From Gemmatimonadaceae bacterium (GTDB lineage Bacteria; Gemmatimonadota; Gemmatimonadetes; Gemmatimonadales; Gemmatimonadaceae): a stretch of 64,000 nt of DNA. Positions 59,718 to 64,000 of the stretch are shown here, piece after piece (within the stretch, counting starts at the first letter, position 1; every line of letters starts with the position of its first letter). The translations under genes were made by a program, and so were the position numbers. The stretch covers positions 4,811-68,810 of the forward strand of contig JAIETI010000018.1 of NCBI GenBank assembly GCA_019745365.1, in the 5' to 3' direction. Under the pieces are notes generated by a model. The model saw only the letters and a list, made by a program, of their open reading frames with translations, made no database searches and was not told the origin of the DNA.

Positions 59718-62219
59718 TCAGACTTTAGGGGCGGCCGCCAGGGTCTTGAACTCGAGCTTCGTCCCGTCCGCCGCCACATCCACCTCGATCTCGTCGCCGC
59801 GGCTGAACTCGGCCATGAGAATCTTCTCCGAGAGCGAGTCCTCGATGTAGCGCTGGATTGCGCGCTTCAGCGGACGTGCACCATACGCTTGGTCGTACCC
59901 GTGCTTCACCAGGAAGTCGAGCGCAGCATCCGAGAGCTTCAGCGTCAACTCCTCTTCGGCCAGACGCTTCTCGACGTCCTTCAGCAGGATCGAGACGATC
60001 TGCGCGATGTGCTCCTTCTCCAGCGGATGGAACACGATCGTGTCGTCGAGGCGGTTCAGGAACTCGGGGTTGAACGCGTGCTGCAGCTCCTCACGCACCT
60101 TCTCCGCCAGCCGCTCGAAGTTGGTCCGCCCCTCCCCCGCCGAGAACCCAAGCGTGCGGTTCTTGGTGATGTCCTTGGCACCGACGTTCGAGGTCATGAT
60201 GACGACGGTGTTCTTGAAGTCGATCACGCGACCGTAGTTGTCGGTCAGATGTCCCTCATCGAGCACCTGAAGTAGGATGTTGAACACATCCGGGTGCGCC
60301 TTCTCGATCTCGTCGAGGAGGATCACGCTGTACGGCTTGCGTCGGACGGCCTTGGTGAGCGCCCCGGAGTCCTCGTAGCCGACGTAGCCCGGTGGCGCAC
60401 CGATCAAGCGACTCACGGAGAACTTCTCCATGTACTCGCTCATATCGACGCGGATCAGCGCCGAGGTGTCGGCGAAGAGGAACTTCGCGAGCGCGCGCGC
60501 CAACTCCGTCTTCCCGACCCCGGTGGGGCCGCAGAAGATGAAGCTGCCGATCGGCCGGCGTGGATCCTTCAAACCGGCACGGCTGCGCCGGATCGACCGT
60601 GCGATCGCGCGGATCGCCTCTTCCTGCGCGACCACCGACTGATGCAGTTCCTCTTCCATGCGCAGCAGGCGGGCCGTCTCGGCCTCCTGAAGGCGCGTCA
60701 CGGGGATCCCGGTCCATCGGCTCACGATGAAGGCGATCTCCTCCTCGCCGAGGACGGGGCGATGCGACTGCCGCCGCTGCTCCCACTCCTCCTGTCGGTT
60801 CCGGATCGCGCCCTGCAACTCGCGCTCGGTGTCACGCAGCGCCGCGGCGCGCTCGAAGTTCTGGTCGCGCACCGCCGCGTCCTTCTCGGCATTGACGCTC
60901 TCGAGTCGCACCTTCAACTCGGCGACTTCCGACGGAGGCACCTGCGCCGCCAGCCGCGCGCGCGCGCCCGCTTCGTCGATCACGTCGATCGCCTTGTCGG
61001 GGAGGAACCGGTCGGTGATGTAGCGCTCCGAGAGCTTCGCGGCGATCGCGAGCGTCTCGTCGGGGATGGTCACATGGTGATGGTCCTCATAGCGCTTGCG
61101 TAGCCCCTTGAGGATCTCCACGGTCTCATCGATGGAAGGCGGCTCGACCACCACGGTCTGGAAACGCCGCTCAAGGGCGCCGTCCTTCTCGATGTACTTG
61201 CGATACTCGTTGAGCGTCGACGCGCCGACGCATTGCAGCTCCCCGCGCGCGAGCGCAGGCTTCAGCATGTTCGAGGCATCGATCGCGCCTTCGGCCGCGC
61301 CGGCACCGACGAGCGTATGCAGTTCGTCGATGAAGAGGATCACGAGTTTGTTCTGCGCGATCTCGTTCATCACCGCCTTCAGCCGCTCTTCGAACTGGCC
61401 GCGGTACTTCGTCCCCGCGATGACGGCGGCCATATCGAGCGAGAGCACCCGATGGTCGCGCAGCGAGTCGGGGCACTCGTTGGTCGCGATCATCTGCGCC
61501 AAGCCTTCGACGATCGCCGTCTTGCCGACCCCAGGCTCACCGATGAGCACCGGGTTGTTCTTCTTCCGACGCGACAGGACCTCCATCACGCGCTCGATCT
61601 CTTTGAAGCGGCCGATCGTCGGATCGAGCTGTCCTTCGAGGGCAAGCGCAGTGAGATCGCGGCAGAAATGATCGAGCGCGGGGGTCTTCGACTTCTTCTC
61701 CCCCTTGGTCCCGGTCTGTCCCGTCGGCGGCGCGTTCGGGGATCCGGTCGCGCTCGCGCTCCCACCCTGCGGCATCTCGGTGCCGAGCAAGCGGAGCGTC
61801 TCGGCGCGCGCGGCCTCCAGGTTCACGCCAGCGTCCGCGAGCACCTGCGCGGCGATCCCCTTCTCCTCGCGCAACAGACCGAGCAGGAGATGCTCGGTGC
61901 CGACGTAGGAGTGGTTCAGCTCACGCGCCTCCCCCATCGCGAGTTCGAGCACCTTCTTGGCGCGGCTCGTGTATGGGAGATCGGGGCCCGTGGACTGCGC
62001 GGCTTTCCCCTTCTTGACCGTCTCCTCGATCTTCTGCTGCACTTCCTCGAGGTCCACGCCGAGGTTCGCGAGCACCGCCGCCGCGACGCCCTCCCCCTCG
62101 CGGATCAGGCCGAGCAGGATATGCTCGGTCCCGACGTACTCGTGGTGCAGCCGCGCGGCTTCTTCACGCGCCATCTGCAGGACTTTCCGCACCCGTTCGG
62201 TGAAGTTGTACCCGTTCAT
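59718..62219 (-). CDS. clpC: ATP-dependent Clp protease ATP-binding subunit ClpC
   Basis: 833 aa with two N-terminal Clp repeats (both with GTEH), Walker A GEPGVGKT and GPTGVGKT, a UVR-like middle domain, and the ClpP-docking region. Confidence 0.95.
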   Translation of the reverse strand: MNGYNFTERVRKVLQMAREEAARLHHEYVGTEHILLGLIREGEGVAAAVLANLGVDLEEVQQKIEETVKKGKAAQSTGPDLPYTSRAKKVLELAMGEARELNHSYVGTEHLLLGLLREEKGIAAQVLADAGVNLEAARAETLRLLGTEMPQGGSASATGSPNAPPTGQTGTKGEKKSKTPALDHFCRDLTALALEGQLDPTIGRFKEIERVMEVLSRRKKNNPVLIGEPGVGKTAIVEGLAQMIATNECPDSLRDHRVLSLDMAAVIAGTKYRGQFEERLKAVMNEIAQNKLVILFIDELHTLVGAGAAEGAIDASNMLKPALARGELQCVGASTLNEYRKYIEKDGALERRFQTVVVEPPSIDETVEILKGLRKRYEDHHHVTIPDETLAIAAKLSERYITDRFLPDKAIDVIDEAGARARLAAQVPPSEVAELKVRLESVNAEKDAAVRDQNFERAAALRDTERELQGAIRNRQEEWEQRRQSHRPVLGEEEIAFIVSRWTGIPVTRLQEAETARLLRMEEELHQSVVAQEEAIRAIARSIRRSRAGLKDPRRPIGSFIFCGPTGVGKTELARALAKFLFADTSALIRVDMSEYMEKFSVSRLIGAPPGYVGYEDSGALTKAVRRKPYSVILLDEIEKAHPDVFNILLQVLDEGHLTDNYGRVIDFKNTVVIMTSNVGAKDITKNRTLGFSAGEGRTNFERLAEKVREELQHAFNPEFLNRLDDTIVFHPLEKEHIAQIVSILLKDVEKRLAEEELTLKLSDAALDFLVKHGYDQAYGARPLKRAIQRYIEDSLSEKILMAEFSRGDEIEVDVAADGTKLEFKTLAAAPKV

Positions 62220-63331
62220 CCGTTCCCCGTGTCCGTGGGCCCCGCCGGAGTGGCAGGCCCGGCCTCGTTCGCAAGGGTATTTCGCACGAACCGTGCCCGC
62301 GCGACGTTCGCCTCGCTCTCGGTCAATGTGCGTCCTGCAGCGTACGCCACGTGTGCCGCCTGACTGAACACCAGCAACTTGTTCAACGTGTACACACTCA
62401 ATCCGGCCACCAGCTTCAACCCGACCGCGAGCCGGACCCCACTCAAGAGACTCATCGCTTCGTCCACCGCAAGGCTCCGCGCGTAGCGGAGCGTGCCGTA
62501 GGCGCGCCAGAGCTTGTCCTCGATAATATACCCCGCGTCACGCACCAAGACCCGCCGCGCTTCCTGCTCGCGTTCGACCACGTGCGCCACCACGCGGGCG
62601 AGGTGTTCGAGGAGTTCCGCCTCACTCCGTCCCAGCGTGGTCTGGTTCGACACCTGAAAGAAGTTGCCGACGACCTCGCTCCCTTCCCCATACAGGCCGC
62701 GATAGGTCAACCCCATCTGCTGCAGTCCCTGCAGCACCTTCCCGATCTCCTGCGTGAGCACGAGTCCGGGAAGATGGACGAGCACGGAGGCGCGCATCCC
62801 CGTCCCGGTGTTCGTCGGGCACGCCGTGAGGTACCCGAACTCGTCGTGCGTCGCATACGCGATGCGCTGGCCGATCCCATCGTCGAGGGCGAGCACGGCC
62901 TCGAACGCCCCGGCGAGATCGAGACCACTCCGAAACGCCTGCAGCCGGAGGTGGTCCTCTTCGTTCACCATCGCCCCGACACCGTCGCCGACAAACACCG
63001 CTGCGCCCGCCCGCACCGTGTGCGGCGCTTCGAGCGCCGCGAGCTCACGACTCACGAGATGCCGCTCGTGCAGCAGTTGCCGGTCCTCGAGCCCGAGCTC
63101 CTCCAATCGCAGGAAGGACGCTCCTCGCAACGCGCTCGTCTGGCTCGCCACCTCACGCACCGCCGTGAGCACGCGCAGCCGCTCGCCATCGCGCGCCCGC
63201 GGGCCGAAGGCGTACCCCGCGAGATTCCGCGCGAGCCGCACGCGTGCCGACAGCACGATCTCCGCGCTCGGCCCGCTCGCGGCGAGCCACGGAACCCCGC
63301 CGTCGGGGAGCAGCGAAAGGTCGAGCGTCAT
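62216..63331 (-). CDS. mcsB: protein arginine kinase McsB (ATP:guanido phosphotransferase)
   Basis: Contains EEDHLRLQ and the guanidino-kinase signature CPTNTGTGMRASV. ATG 63331 overlaps the mcsA stop (ATGA). The upstream 75 codons of the track ORF are rejected. Confidence 0.9.
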   Translation of the reverse strand: MTLDLSLLPDGGVPWLAASGPSAEIVLSARVRLARNLAGYAFGPRARDGERLRVLTAVREVASQTSALRGASFLRLEELGLEDRQLLHERHLVSRELAALEAPHTVRAGAAVFVGDGVGAMVNEEDHLRLQAFRSGLDLAGAFEAVLALDDGIGQRIAYATHDEFGYLTACPTNTGTGMRASVLVHLPGLVLTQEIGKVLQGLQQMGLTYRGLYGEGSEVVGNFFQVSNQTTLGRSEAELLEHLARVVAHVVEREQEARRVLVRDAGYIIEDKLWRAYGTLRYARSLAVDEAMSLLSGVRLAVGLKLVAGLSVYTLNKLLVFSQAAHVAYAAGRTLTESEANVARARFVRNTLANEAGPATPAGPTDTGNG

Positions 63332-63816
63332 CCCTCCATCCCGCGGATCTTGTCCCGCAGCGTGGCCGCGACCTCGAACTCCTCGTGCGCCACGGCGGCG
63401 CGGAGCTCCGCCTTCAGCCCTTCCAGCGTCGCGTCCCGCGTCCGGTCGAGTAGCACGGGCGCGGTGTAGCTCCGCCCGACATGCGTCGCACTCCCGTGCA
63501 CGCGGCGCAGCAGTTCGCGCAGACTCTTGTCGAACGCCTGATAGCAGTGCGCACATCCTAAGCGGCCGCTCGCGCGAAAGTCCTTGATCGTCGTGCCGCA
63601 GAACTCGCAGCGGGCCAGATCGCCCGCGGGCTCCGGGGCCTGGGACTGTACCGCCTGGAGGAACTCACCGAGTGGCGACGCGGGCATGGTGATCGTGGTC
63701 TCGATCCCCTTCTCCGCCGCGCACTTCTCGCAGAGATGGAGCTGCGTGACCGCGTTCTCCACGATCTGCGTGAGATGCACCATCGCGTCGCGTTCACCGC
63801 ATTGGCCGCAGAGCAT
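63328..63816 (-). CDS. mcsA: McsA-like protein (two Cys4 zinc-finger-like motifs plus UVR motif), McsB activator
   Basis: 162 aa with CGQC...CEKC and CEFC...CAHC pairs, and a C-terminal UvrB/C motif (AAVAHEEFEVAATLRDKI). Confidence 0.85.
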   Translation of the reverse strand: MLCGQCGERDAMVHLTQIVENAVTQLHLCEKCAAEKGIETTITMPASPLGEFLQAVQSQAPEPAGDLARCEFCGTTIKDFRASGRLGCAHCYQAFDKSLRELLRRVHGSATHVGRSYTAPVLLDRTRDATLEGLKAELRAAVAHEEFEVAATLRDKIRGMEG

Positions 63817-64000
63817 CTAGACGACTCCTCCGAGCGCGCTGGAGGCGCGCAGCTGCCCGTCCTCCAAGAGTAATACCCGCTGTGCGCGCGCTGCCAAGCT
63901 CCGATTGTGCGTCACCACCACCGCCGCGAGGCCGAACTCCGCAGTCAGCTCCGTGAGGAGGTCGTGCAGCCGCTCCGCATTGTTGTGGTCAAGGTTCCCC
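63817..64000 (-). CDS. ABC transporter ATP-binding protein, LolD/MacB-like, C-terminal fragment
   Basis: The reverse translation reads ...GNLDHNNAERLHDLLTELTAEFGLAAVVVTHNRSLAARAQRVLLLEDGQLRASSALGGVV*, covering the D-loop and H-loop region. Its TAG stop abuts the mcsA ATG with zero spacing. Confidence 0.75.
   Translation of the reverse strand, partial: GNLDHNNAERLHDLLTELTAEFGLAAVVVTHNRSLAARAQRVLLLEDGQLRASSALGGVV

Overview
This is a high-GC, densely packed chromosomal segment from a diderm bacterium. Lipid A, KDO, Lpt, BamA and Skp genes are all present. An LpxC-FabZ fusion, futalosine-type menaquinone genes and bshC suggest a Gemmatimonadota- or FCB-like lineage, but that is inference only.

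I see no rRNA, CRISPR array, IS element or prophage.

The main observation is that the window appears to span the replication terminus:
- Every gene from 1 to 27281 is on the + strand.
- Every gene from 27522 to 64000 is on the - strand, except one methyltransferase.
- The 240-bp convergent gap between the two blocks holds the only AT-rich spot in the window, a 28-bp sequence with the 11-6-11 architecture and conserved inner arms of a XerC/D dif site (27364-27391).
- That site is flanked by two arrays of a 9-bp tandem repeat (TTCCTGTnn), each reading toward it. I do not recognise this arrangement as a described one.

Left arm (+):
- fabH'-fabD-fabG-acpP-fabF
- three futalosine-pathway genes, then ispF, dedA, xerD, an orphan histidine kinase and trpG/pabA
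- about 16.4 kb of genes with essentially no intergenic spacing: kdsB-pyrG-kdsA-kdsC-kdsD-lptC-lptA-lptB-rpoN, five envelope-glycosylation genes, then dapF

Right arm (-):
- a YfgM-like TPR protein, csoR-copA with a palindromic operator, and tRNA-Arg(CCT)
- apt, acyP, pcm, surE, a MerR-family gene, gpsA, plsY, der, a DUF512 gene and a secreted TPR protein
- larC, thrC, uvrC, murJ, bshC, rlmH and gdh
- the lipid A cluster lpxK-DUF374-lpxB-oxidoreductase-lpxA-lpxC/fabZ-lpxD, then skp and bamA
- clpC-mcsB-mcsA and the 3' end of a LolD-like ABC ATPase

Many long ORFs in the supplied track are GC-driven shadow frames or 5' over-extensions. Where possible I trimmed starts to the codon that abuts the upstream stop. 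All product calls rest on motif recognition by eye, not on database searches.
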